Shown one piece after another: positions 27,913 to 38,726 of a stretch of 64,000 nt of DNA (its first letter is position 1; each line of letters opens with the position of its first letter). Location of the stretch: positions 79,752-143,751 of the forward strand of contig CAWEQC010000004.1 in the NCBI GenBank assembly GCA_963811145.1, given 5' to 3'. Both the position numbers and the translations under genes were made by a program. The DNA comes from an uncultured Chloroflexia bacterium (GTDB lineage: Bacteria > Chloroflexota > Limnocylindria > QHBO01). Under the pieces are notes generated by a model. It worked only from the letters and a program-made list of their open reading frames with translations. It did no database searches and was not told the DNA's origin.

Positions 27913-30842
27913 TCAGCCCTCGCGGCGCCGGCGGGCAAGCCGCTCCGCGAGCGTCTCCGTGGGCGGCGGGACCTCCGGTTCCACGGCCGGTGCACGTGGG
28001 GCGGGCGGAGGCGACGGGCGCGACAGGCGCCGGTGTGGCCGGCCGGGTCCCTGCATCGGACGTGACGGTCGGTGGCGTCGGCGACACTCGCTCCGCGCGA
28101 CGCACGCGTGCGCTCTCGAGCGGCGCGGAGCTCGGCGAGGCCCGGAACGGCCTCCGGTTCCGCGCGGCCCAGCCCGACGCGGCGTGCGGCCCACGCACGC
28201 GCTCGTCGGAGGTCGGCGCGGCTGAGCGCGACGCGACGAACGCCGACGTCGAGCGGCACGAGCAGCGATCGCCAGGAGGAGGAGCCACGGCCAGATCGGT
28301 GTCGGGAAGGCGCTCGCCTCGATGTCGTGAGTCCAGACCGCGGTCGGGGCATCCTCGTCGACCAGCGCGAGCTCGCGGCCACCACCCGCGGCCGCGTAGG
28401 CAGCGAGCGCATCGGCGTCGATGCCGAGCCGTCGGTACTCCTCGGCAGCCGGCGAGACGATCCCGAGCGTGCGGCTTGCCGCATCGGTCCCGCTCTCGTC
28501 CTCGAAGGTCTGGGCCACCCGCACCAGGTAGGCGCCCTGCTGGTCGGCCTTGACCGTCCCGGCGTAGCGGCCGGGCCCCACCTGGTCGAGGAGCGTCTGC
28601 GTCGGTTCGAGGTCTGGCGAGACGAGGCGCAGGACCGTCCGATAGAAGTTCCGCGGCCCGGCCTCGTCGTCGAACGAGGTCACCTCGACGTTGAGCTCGC
28701 CATCCTCGCCGGGACTGAATCGCACGTCGATGCCCTCGGCGTCCTGCGGCGGCAGGGTCCACGCCACGAGCTGGGCGGTCAGGGTGCCGAACTCGGGCGT
28801 CCCGATCCACGGCGCCGCCCATTGCTGCCGCGCGTCGGAGGTCCACGCCACCGCGCGCCCCAATCCGTACTGCCACTGCGCCAGGAGCGGGTCCTCGCGC
28901 GCGGTCAGCAGCGCGACGGTGGCGCTCCCCTTGGCAGTGGTGGCGTTGTAGCCGAGCAGCTGCGGCAGCCGGCCGGCGTCGAGGCCGTCGAGGATCTCGG
29001 ACGACGCCGATGGGATCGGCTGGAAGGTCTCCTCCACGACCTGCTCGCCGGCGGTCCGGATCGTCTCCCGCAGGAAGATGTCGGGGATGGTGGTGGCGTC
29101 CGCCGCTTCGTAATAGCGGCCGCCGGACTCCTCCGCCAGCCTGCGCAGGATCTGCGCCGAGCCGCCGCCGGTGCCGATGGTGGAGAGGGTGATGCCCGCT
29201 GCCTGCATGTCGGCCAGCAGGTCGTCATACGCGCCATGGGTCGACCAGCCGTCGGTGATCAGGATGATGTGTCGCAGCGTTGCCGGGTTGTCGATGAGGT
29301 CGTCGTACGCGGCCTTGAGCCCGGCGTAGATGTTCGTGTTGCCGTCGGCCGGGAAGCCGAGGCCAGCCTGCAGGGCGCCGAAGTCGATCGGCGCCGTGCG
29401 CACCGCCCAGTGGGCGTTCTGGTCGAATGCCACGACGCCGAGCTGATCGGTCGGGGCGAGCGCCTCCGCGGCGCGCAGGATCGCCTCGCGCGCGACGTCG
29501 ACCTTCTCGAATCCCCGCGATCCCGATGGGTTGGCGTTGTCGCGCGAGTCGCCCGTGCAGTGGCAGTCGGCCATGCTTCCCGACTTGTCGACCACCGCGA
29601 CCATCGCCACGTCGGGCGAGCGCTCACGGTCGCGCACCGTCATGTAGACCGGGAGCGTCTCCTCCAGCGGCGTGTCGAGGTAGCCGCCCGCGCCATAGCT
29701 GTCGCGGCCCCCGAGCATGACGAGCCCCTTGCCGAGATCGCGGACGTACACCTGCAGCGATGCCATGGTCGCGTCGCCGAGCGGCGGAGGCACCAACGTT
29801 GTCGAGCACGACCGCGTCGTAGCCGGCGAGGCTGGCGAGCGAGGACGGCACGCCGGTCGACGGCACCACGGTCACCTCCAGGCTCCCCTCCCCGAGCGAG
29901 GTGACGAGGTCGGCGGCGCGCTCCGGGTCATCGGTCGCGACCAGCACCTGCGGCTCGCCGGTGACGAGGACGTAGGCATCGGCGGCGTTGTTCTGGGCGA
30001 AGCGGTCGTCGGTGGGTTCGATCACGGCGCGGAACACGTGGAACCCGGGCTCATCGGCGGTGACCGCGAAGGGGATGGTGGTCACGCCGGGCTCGAGCTC
30101 CAGCTCACGCGTCGCGATCGTTGCCCCATCCGCCAACAGTCGCAGGCTGGCAGTGGTGGTGATGGTTGAGCGCAGGCGCACGACGAGGTCGATCGTCTCG
30201 CCGACCCGAGCGCCCGGCGGCGCATCGATCGCGTCGACCAGCACCTCGGCGGCCGACTCGTCGGCCGGGGTCACGACGTCGAGCCGGATCCCGCGCGCGG
30301 AGGCGGCTGCGATGGCGTCCTCGGCCTCGCCGGAGGTGTCGTTGCCGTCCGACAGCAGCACGATCCGCTGCTGGGTGCCGTTCGGGAAGATCGCCGCCGC
30401 CAACCGCACGGCGGCCGCGACATTCGGTGGCGCCGACCACAGGCTCCGATGCCGGATCCGAGAGCTCGTCGAGCTCGGAGGGGAGGCGGTCGACCAGCGC
30501 GTTGCCCCCGAACACGACGACTCCCGCCGTGTCGCCGTCGGGCATCTCGCGGACGCTGTCACGCGCCCAGGCCACGAGGTCCTCGCGGGTCGCGTCGAGC
30601 ATCGATGCGGACGCGTCCAGCAGGAAGACGACGCTGAGCCGATCGGACGGGAGCGCCAGCCGCGTCCCTGCCAGCGCGAGGACCAGGCACGCGACCAGCG
30701 TCAGCCGGATGACGAGCGACGCGATGCGGCGGCCAGCGGGCAGCGTGCGCGAGGCAGCCAGCCAGCCCGCGACGACGATGGCAACCGCGGGCAGCGCCAG
30801 CCACAGCCAGACCGGGTCGGAGAAGGCGACCGGCACGTTCAT
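27913..30842 (-). pseudogene. BatB-like membrane protein with N-terminal double-TM anchor, two VWA domains and a GATase1-like module; at least 4 frameshifts
   Basis: The ATG at 30842 overlaps the upstream stop (ATGA). MNVPVAFSDPVWLWLALPAVAIVVAG...VVFLLDASASM (VWA 1), ...YDAVVLDNV / MASLQVYVRDLGKGLVMLGG..., VAVVDKSGSM...ILITDGWS (VWA 2), and a C-terminal TM WPWLLLL + PLDVGVRRV. Segments lie in the frames of ORFs 30105, 29624, 27913 and 27768. Confidence 0.75.
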
Positions 30843-32805
30843 CGGGCCTTGCCGCCGAGCGGCTGCGGCCGGCGTCCGAAGGCGCGACCCAGGCTGCGTC
30901 GCGTCGGTCGGTGGAAGAGCAGCCACTCGACGGCCAGCAGCGCCAGCGCGGCCAGCGCCAGCGGCCACCACCACTCGGCGCGGCTCGGCTGCGAGGCTGG
31001 ATCGTCGGCGGCCGTGACGCGCCCCATCTCGATGATCCGCTGGGGGTCGCCCGGCGCGACGTCCGACTCGTCGGGGCTGAACAGGTTGATCGCCGTTTGT
31101 CCGAGCACGGTGCCGTCGAGCTCCGGGATGTCGCTCAGTGCGCGCACCTCGCGCAGGCCGACGAAATCGGCGCCGGGGATGGTCAGGCGCCCGCCGACGA
31201 CCGATACCTCGAGGCCGGTGCTGCGTGGAACCGGGCAGCTCCGGCGCGCCGGTGTTGTCGACGACGACACGCTCGATGCGTGGGTCGACCACCACGCTGA
31301 CCGACTCGCCCAGCCGCATCGAGGAGGGCAGGACGCCCTCCACCGCCGGCAGCAGCATCTCGGTCAGGTTGCTCATCAGGAGCGGGAAGGCGACCTGGAG
31401 CGGCAGGTCCGACTCGCCGAGGTCGAAGCCGATGAGTGCCAGGCGCCGCCCATCGACCTCGCCGACCGCCACCAGCGGGTTGCCGCCCGTCGTCTCGACC
31501 ACGGCGCGCACGCCATCGACCAGCGTCAGCTCCCGCGCGCGACCGATGTGCACCGTCGACAGGTCGACGAAGCGCAGGAGCGGCTCGTCCGGGTTGGTGC
31601 GCTCGATGGCCGGGCTCTCGATCCGATCGCCGACCGTGCCGAACGGCCCGTCCTCGTCGGGGTCGAGGTACAGGGCGGGGACCGTGCGGCGCCTCGTCGG
31701 GCACCACGCCGTCGAACACGAGGAGGCCGTAGGGCGTGCCCGCCTCAGCCGCCTCGGCCAGTGCATCCTCGTAGCCATCGGCGTCGACCGCGTACAGCTC
31801 GAGGCGGGGGAGCAGCGCAAGCGCGTTCTCGAGGTAGGTGTTGCCGGCGCCGACCAGCAGGGTGCGCGTGACCTCGTCGACGGGAACCACGGCGAAGGCG
31901 CGGTCGTCGGTGATCAGAGCGTCGGATCCGGCGAGACGGGCCTCCACCACGCGGGCGGCGCCTGGCACCGTGCTGACGAGCGCCTCGGAGCGCTGGCCCG
32001 GCGGGATCGTCAGCTCGCGCGCATCCACCAGCTCGCCATCGGCGTAGACCTCCAGCCGTCGCGTCGCCTCGATCGATGACGGGTTCGACACGGCGACGAA
32101 CAGGTCGAGCTGCGCGCCGCCGGAGCGGCGCAATGCGGAGAGTGCCGCGATGGCCTGGTTCGCATCGGTCGAGCCGATGCGCTCGACCACGACCGGCGCT
32201 CCGACGCCGACGTCCGGCAGCTCATCGCCGGCCGCATCGGTCACGACCACCACGGTCGAGTCGGCGTCCCGCTGGGCGAGCGCCGACGAGAGGGCGAAGG
32301 CATCGGTCAGGTCGCCCGGCAGCTGGGTGGCCGTGATCCCGTCGATCGCCTCGAGCGCCGCATCGGTGTCGTCCGTCTCGCTGACCAGCACATCGGCGGT
32401 GTCCGCGGCGGCCACCACCGTGATCCGACCGCCGACCGGCAGCCGTTCCACCACGTCGCGCGCCCGCTCCCGGGCGAGCGCCATGCGGTCCTCCTCCTCG
32501 GTGCGGGTCGCCATCGAGGCGCTGGTGTCGACGATGAGGACGACGTTGGCAGCCAGGTCGGACTCGACCGCGGTGAAGGGGCGGGCGGCCGCGGCGACCA
32601 CGATGGCGGCGATCAGCAGCTGCACCAGCAGCAGCCAGCTGAAGCGCAGCCGCTGCCAGGGGGCGTTGGCCTCGACGTCCCGGATGAGCTGCTGCCACAG
32701 GAACGTCGAGCCGACCGGGAGGTCGCGGCGCCGCAGGCGCAGCATGTAGAAGGCCACGATGATCGGCAGCGCGATCAGCCCGATGAGGGCAAGCGGCGCG
32801 ATCAT
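30839..32805 (-). pseudogene. BatA-like protein (N-terminal double-TM aerotolerance domain + VWA); 2 frameshifts
   Basis: The ATG at 32805 overlaps the DUF58 stop (ATGA). MIAPLALIGLIALPIIVAFYMLRLRRRDLPVGSTFLW..., VLIVDTSASM...VVVVTDA. The frame changes near 31685 and near 31235. The C-terminal TM is WWWPLALAALALLAVEWLLF. Confidence 0.75.
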
Positions 32806-33692
32806 TCGACCACTCGGCGACGGCGGAGGACGTCGAAGAGGAGGTCGGACAGGTCGAGGTCCGACGGCACCTGGACGTACGCGCCGCCGCGCCGGCTGAC
32901 GAATGCGGCGATCTCCGCCTGCCACTCGGCGAGGCGCGTTCGGTATCGTTCGACCAGGTCGTCGTCTCCGGAGACCTCGACGGCGTGCCCGGTCTCGCTG
33001 TCGACCAGGCGCGCGTCCGGCGGCACCTCGGGCTCGAGCTCGTCGGGTGCCAGGAGATGGAGGACCGAGAGCTGGCAGCGCGTGCCGGCCAGGTCGCGGA
33101 GCGCGTCGAGATAGCCCGGATCCATGAGGTCGCTGATCAGGACCATCGGTCCGCGCCCACGGATGCGACCCGCATAGGCGCGCGCTGCCGCGGCAAGCCC
33201 GGTCAGGCGCTCGGTGCGCGGTTCCGACAGGAACCGGAACAGCTCCAGCGCTCGCTGCTTGCCGCGCATCGGTCGCAGCCCGCTCGACGCCCCATCCCCG
33301 AGGAACGCGACGCTGACGCGGTCCATGCTCGCCAGTCCGAGGTAGCCGAGCGCCGCGGCCGCCCGGCGCGCGGCGTCGAGCTTGTTCGGCTCGCCGTAGT
33401 CCATCGAACGCGAGGCGTCGACGAGCAGGTGGACGGTGACGTCCTCCTCTTCGACGAACAGCTTGACGAAGAGCTTCTCGAGCCGCGCGTAGGCATTCCA
33501 ATCGAGCTGCCGCAGGTCGTCACCGACGGTGTAGTTGCGGTAGTCGGCGAACTCGACGCTCTGTCCTCGACGCAGGCTGCGGCGCTCGCCCTTCATCCTG
33601 CCGGCGGTCATGCGGCGCGATGCAAGCTCGAGCTGCTCGAGGCGGCGAAGGAACGTCTCGTCGAACAGGACGGCTCGCTCGCCGGTGGTCAC
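32802..33692 (-). CDS. DUF58 domain protein (MoxR-associated, VWA-like fold)
   Basis: GTG start 6 nt after the MoxR stop. FADYRNYTVGDDLRQLDWNAYARLEKLFVKLFVEEED is the DUF58 hallmark. Confidence 0.85.
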   Translation of the reverse strand: MTTGERAVLFDETFLRRLEQLELASRRMTAGRMKGERRSLRRGQSVEFADYRNYTVGDDLRQLDWNAYARLEKLFVKLFVEEEDVTVHLLVDASRSMDYGEPNKLDAARRAAAALGYLGLASMDRVSVAFLGDGASSGLRPMRGKQRALELFRFLSEPRTERLTGLAAAARAYAGRIRGRGPMVLISDLMDPGYLDALRDLAGTRCQLSVLHLLAPDELEPEVPPDARLVDSETGHAVEVSGDDDLVERYRTRLAEWQAEIAAFVSRRGGAYVQVPSDLDLSDLLFDVLRRRRVVE

Positions 33693-33698
33693 GCGGAG

Positions 33699-34679
<981 letters not shown>

Positions 34680-34733
34680 CTCGGTGCTCGGCGGCGGTGG
34701 TGGACGGGATCGGTTCAGTCATGGCGTGGTCGC

Positions 34734-36559
34734 TCACTCCGTGGGTTCGAGGCGGGAGAAGTAGTCGCGGACGAAGTCCTTCAGCGTGATCGGCACCTGC
34801 TGGCGGTCGAGTGCCGACTGTGCGTAGTCGTTGAAGAGGTCGAAGACCGATGCGTACGGCACCACGCTCTCATTGTCGAAACCGACGCCCGACCCGCTGC
34901 CGGTCTGGTCGGTCCCACCGTTGCCGCCGCTGCCGGCGATGAAGTCGGGGTCGCCGGGCCGTCCAAATCGTTCGAAGTCGGACAGCACATTGCCCTCATC
35001 GTCGGTTTCAGAGCCCTGGTTGCCGGATGTCGGCCCGTTGAAGCCGCCCGTGCGCAGGCCGCCGCCCGGGATGCGGCGCACGGTCGTGCCGCCACCGCCG
35101 CCCGGCTGCCCGCCTCCCCGGCTGGCTCCCGGGCTGGCTCCCCGGTTGGCTCCCGGGTTGGCTCCCCGGCTGCCCGCCGGGCTGCCCTCCCGGTTGACCG
35201 GAGGAACCTGGCTGACCGGAAGAGCCGGGCTGACCGGAAGAGCCGGGCTGGCCCGAGAGCGCCGGGCTGGCCCGAGGCGCCCGGCTGGCCAGATGACCCT
35301 GCGCCGGGGTTGCCGGACGAACCCGGCTGACCCGACGCACCGGGCTGCCCGGTCGATGCGCCAGTCGGCTGGCCGGCGCGGGCCACCTGGCGGGCGCCCT
35401 CCTGCAGGGCGGACTGTGCCTGTGACAGGTCGCGCTGCAGCTGCCGATCGCGGGCTGCCTCTCGGAATGCGTCGGCGGCGCGCTCGAGCGCCTCGGCAGC
35501 GGCCTGGCGGTCCGCCTCGCTCCCGGAGCGCGCTGCCGCGTCGAGTGCATCGGCGGCTTCGGCCAGCGCCCGTGCCGCGGCTGGCTGCGATGCCGCCCCG
35601 GCCTGCGCCGCCTGGCGCAGATCGTCCGCGCGCGCCGCGGCTTCCTCGGCAGCCAGCTCATCGGTCCGGTCCGCGAGCTCCTCGAGGTCCCGGGCCGCCT
35701 GCTCAGGCTCGCCGTCGGGGTTGGCCTCCTCGTCGCCGGTCGCCGCCTGGGACGCCGCCCGCGCGAGCTGGGAGAGCGCGGCGTCGCGCTCGGACGCCTG
35801 GGGATCGGTCATGCGCGAGAGCTGCTCCTGGACCGATCCGATCCGAGCCAGCGTTGCCTCACGATCATCTCCCTGCTCGCGCAGCTGGCGCGCGAGCTCG
35901 CGCAGCTGGCGCTCGAGCTCCTCACGGCGGGGATCCGGATTCTCGACGTTCTCCTCGCCGACCTCCTCGGCCACGTCCTCGACCCGTTCGGCAACCCGCT
36001 CGGCCGCCTCGCGGGCCGCGCGACGCTGCTGAAGCAGGTCGTCCTGCGGGTTCGGCCACGCCACCAGCAGCAGCGTCAGGGCGATTCCCACCCCGGCCAC
36101 GATGAGCGGCCGCCGAGCAAGCCGCGGCCGGAATGCCAGCCGCAGGTCCGCCTCGTTGAGATGAGCGCGGGCGTCGGCCAGCTGCCGCGCCTCCAGGACA
36201 TCCCCGGCCTCGTGGCCGGCCAGCTCGAGAGCCGTTCCGAGACGCTGCCGCATGCCGAGCTCCTCGTCTGCGCGGCGCGCGGCTTCGACGAGCGACGGAC
36301 GACGGCGAGCGACGTCGATGAGCCACCCGGCCAGCGCCAGCGCGCCGATCGCGATCTGGATCCAGGGTGCCGCCTCGATCGGGAGGGCGCGGGCGAGCAG
36401 CTGGACGGCCGCGATCGCCAGCACCGCACCTGCTGCAACCAGCAGTCCGGATCGCACGGCGCGGCGCCACCAGAGGCGCCGTCGAAGCCTGCGCAGGCGT
36501 CGCAGTGCGTCGCGGCCGAGGCCTGCCTCGACCGCATCGGCAACCAGCCGGTCCGTCAC
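34734..36559 (-). pseudogene. Membrane-anchored coiled-coil protein (DUF4175-like) with Gly/Gln/Pro/Ser low-complexity linker; 2 frameshifts inside the repeat
   Basis: The GTG start overlaps the permease stop (GTGA). There are three N-terminal TM helices and ~300 aa of E/A/R-rich coiled coil. The linker is GQPGASGQPGSS...(GSQP)n, and the conserved tail VPYASVFDLFNDYAQSALDRQQVPITLKDFVRDYFSRLEP is in the frame of ORF 34734. Shifts lie near 35262 and near 35116. Confidence 0.65.
35100..35300. repeat. Coding micro/minisatellite (12- and 18-nt units) encoding GSQP / GQPGSS repeats
   Basis: ggctgaccggaagagccg occurs twice, with degenerate neighbouring copies (GQPGSS, GQPGAS). gggagccaaccc / gggagccagccg-type 12-mers (read on the minus strand) occur 4 times. 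Confidence 0.6.
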
Positions 36560-37746
36560 GAGTCCGCTTCCCGCAGCTCATCGATCGCGGGCGCGCCCTC
36601 GAGGGCCGCGACATCGCGTGCGCCGGTGCTGTTGGAGTCGCGCCGCGCCCGGCGGCGGCGGAACGCGCCACGCATGCCGGCCGGCACCACAAGGCGCATC
36701 GACGCGACCGTCAGCAGTGCCGCAAGGACGAGGAAGCTGATCGTCACGCGCGGCCACCAGTAGCCGGAGGTGCCGCTCACCTCCACGATTGGCTGGCCGT
36801 CGGGACCGAACCCGCCAAGGTCACCGCAGTTGGGACCGTCGCAGGCGGGTACCAGCACGTTCAGATCCTGTCCGCTGCTGGCGAGGTCCTGGCCGAACAG
36901 CTCGTACAACGCGCGCGTGAACCGGGTCGGCCCGCCGGCCTCGACCGACGACACGATGTCGAGCATTCCGACCATCGGGTTCAGGTAGCGAAGCTGTTCG
37001 GGCGCGCGCTGTCGATCGCCGATCGGGAACCCCGTCTCGTCGGTGCTCGCGACCTGGTCCCAGAAGGCGAACACCATGGCCGTTCCGAGGGTCAGCGCGA
37101 GGACGGTCCCGTAGGCGACCACGGTGGCGGCTTGAGTGCGGCGCATCAGGGCGGAGGCGAAGATGCCGATGGCGCCGAAGCCGATCGCCACGGCCAGCAG
37201 AAGGATCTGCTGGCGAACGATGTCATCCACCGACGCCCCGCCGTACATGAGCACGATCGCGCAGATCGGGATGGCCGCCACGATCATGAGGATCACGAAG
37301 GCGAGCGCGGTCACCAGCTTGCCGATGATGATGGCTCCGGGGCGCAGCGGGGTGGTGATCAGGAGGTCGAGCGTCTGCTTCTCGCGTTCCAGGCTGATCT
37401 GGCCTGCTGTGAACGCCGGAGCGATCATCGAGACCAGGACCACCTGGAACACCGAGAGCACCGAGAAGATCGACTGGCCGATGAGGGCCGATGCGTTGGC
37501 CTGGCCGACGCCGAACCCGAAGCCGCCCTGCTGGCCGGCCGTTGCGCGAGCGACCGGCGCCACCACGACGTATGCCCCGTAGGTGATCAGCGCCAGGACC
37601 GCCAGGTACAGCGTGAGCACCATGAACGCACGCCGGCCGCGCATCCTGGAGCGAAGCTCCTTGACCATGATGGTGGAGACCGACGAGGCAAACTCGCGCA
37701 CGGCCGATTGTCGCGTACCACTGACGCTCGTGGTCGAAGCGGTCAT
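36556..37746 (-). CDS. ABC-2 type transporter permease
   Basis: The ATG at 37746 overlaps the ATPase stop (ATGA). MVKELRSRMRGRRAFMVLTLYLAVLAL... with 6 predicted TM helices and a large extracytoplasmic insert before the last helix. Confidence 0.8.
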   Translation of the reverse strand: MTASTTSVSGTRQSAVREFASSVSTIMVKELRSRMRGRRAFMVLTLYLAVLALITYGAYVVVAPVARATAGQQGGFGFGVGQANASALIGQSIFSVLSVFQVVLVSMIAPAFTAGQISLEREKQTLDLLITTPLRPGAIIIGKLVTALAFVILMIVAAIPICAIVLMYGGASVDDIVRQQILLLAVAIGFGAIGIFASALMRRTQAATVVAYGTVLALTLGTAMVFAFWDQVASTDETGFPIGDRQRAPEQLRYLNPMVGMLDIVSSVEAGGPTRFTRALYELFGQDLASSGQDLNVLVPACDGPNCGDLGGFGPDGQPIVEVSGTSGYWWPRVTISFLVLAALLTVASMRLVVPAGMRGAFRRRRARRDSNSTGARDVAALEGAPAIDELREADS

Positions 37747-38726
37747 GTCGTTGGCTCCTCGTCGGCCTGTCCGGTGACCCGGAGGAAGATCTCCTCGAGG
37801 TCGCTCGTCGCCTGGCTGAACCCGACCACGCGATGGCCGGCCTCCACCATTGCTCGGAGGAGGTCCGCCTGCGCGTCCGGCGGTCCGTCGAAGGTCGCCT
37901 CGATGCGCACAGCCCCGTCGGCGTTGCTCGTTCCCCCGAGGACGTCGGCAACGCGCGAGTCGGTTTCGAGCCACTCGCGCGCCGCTGCCGCCGAGGACTC
38001 GTCGCCGATGAGGTCGATCCGCAGCACGGCGCTGGCGCGGAGCGAGCGCTCGATGTCGCCGATCGTTCCCGCGCGGAGGAGCCGCCCGTGATCGATGATC
38101 GCGACGCCGGTGCACATCTCGGCGAGCTCGGGGAGGATGTGGCTGCTCACCAGGATCGTCTTGCCCATGGTCCGCAGCTCACGCAGGATCTCGCGCATCT
38201 CGACCCGCGCCCGGGGGTCGAGGCCTGAGGCGGGCTCGTCGAGGATGAGCAGTGCCGGATCGTGGACGAGCGTGTGCGCCAGGCAGAGACGCTGCCGCAT
38301 CCCGCGCGACATGCTCTCGACGTAGCTGTCGCGCCGATCGGTCAGCGCCACGATCTCCAGCAGCTCACCGATCATCGTCGCGCGACGATTGGCGGGCACG
38401 CCGTAGCAGCGCGCAAAAAAGTCGAGATACTCCCAGACCTTCAGGTCGTCGTAGACGCCGTAGAAGTCGGGCATGTAGCCGATGCGACGTCGGACCTCGA
38501 TCGGGTCGGCGTCGACCGGGATGCCGGTCACATACGCCTCGCCGGCCGTTGGCGCCAGCAGCGTGGCGAGGATCTTCATCGTGGTCGTCTTCCCGGCGCC
38601 GTTCGGCCCGACCAGCCCGAAGATCTCGCCGGGACCGACCAGGAGATCGATTCCGGCGACGGCAAGCTCGTCGCCGTATCGCTTGACCAGGCCGCGTGTC
38701 TCGAGGACCGGCGTCGAGGTCATCAT
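37743..38726 (-). CDS. ABC transporter ATP-binding protein (ABC-2 / exporter type)
   Basis: Walker A GPNGAGKTT, signature MSRGMRQRL, Walker B LLILDEPASGLD. The C-terminal ~90-aa extra domain is common in ABC-2 ATPases. Confidence 0.9.
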   Translation of the reverse strand: MMTSTPVLETRGLVKRYGDELAVAGIDLLVGPGEIFGLVGPNGAGKTTTMKILATLLAPTAGEAYVTGIPVDADPIEVRRRIGYMPDFYGVYDDLKVWEYLDFFARCYGVPANRRATMIGELLEIVALTDRRDSYVESMSRGMRQRLCLAHTLVHDPALLILDEPASGLDPRARVEMREILRELRTMGKTILVSSHILPELAEMCTGVAIIDHGRLLRAGTIGDIERSLRASAVLRIDLIGDESSAAAAREWLETDSRVADVLGGTSNADGAVRIEATFDGPPDAQADLLRAMVEAGHRVVGFSQATSDLEEIFLRVTGQADEEPTT

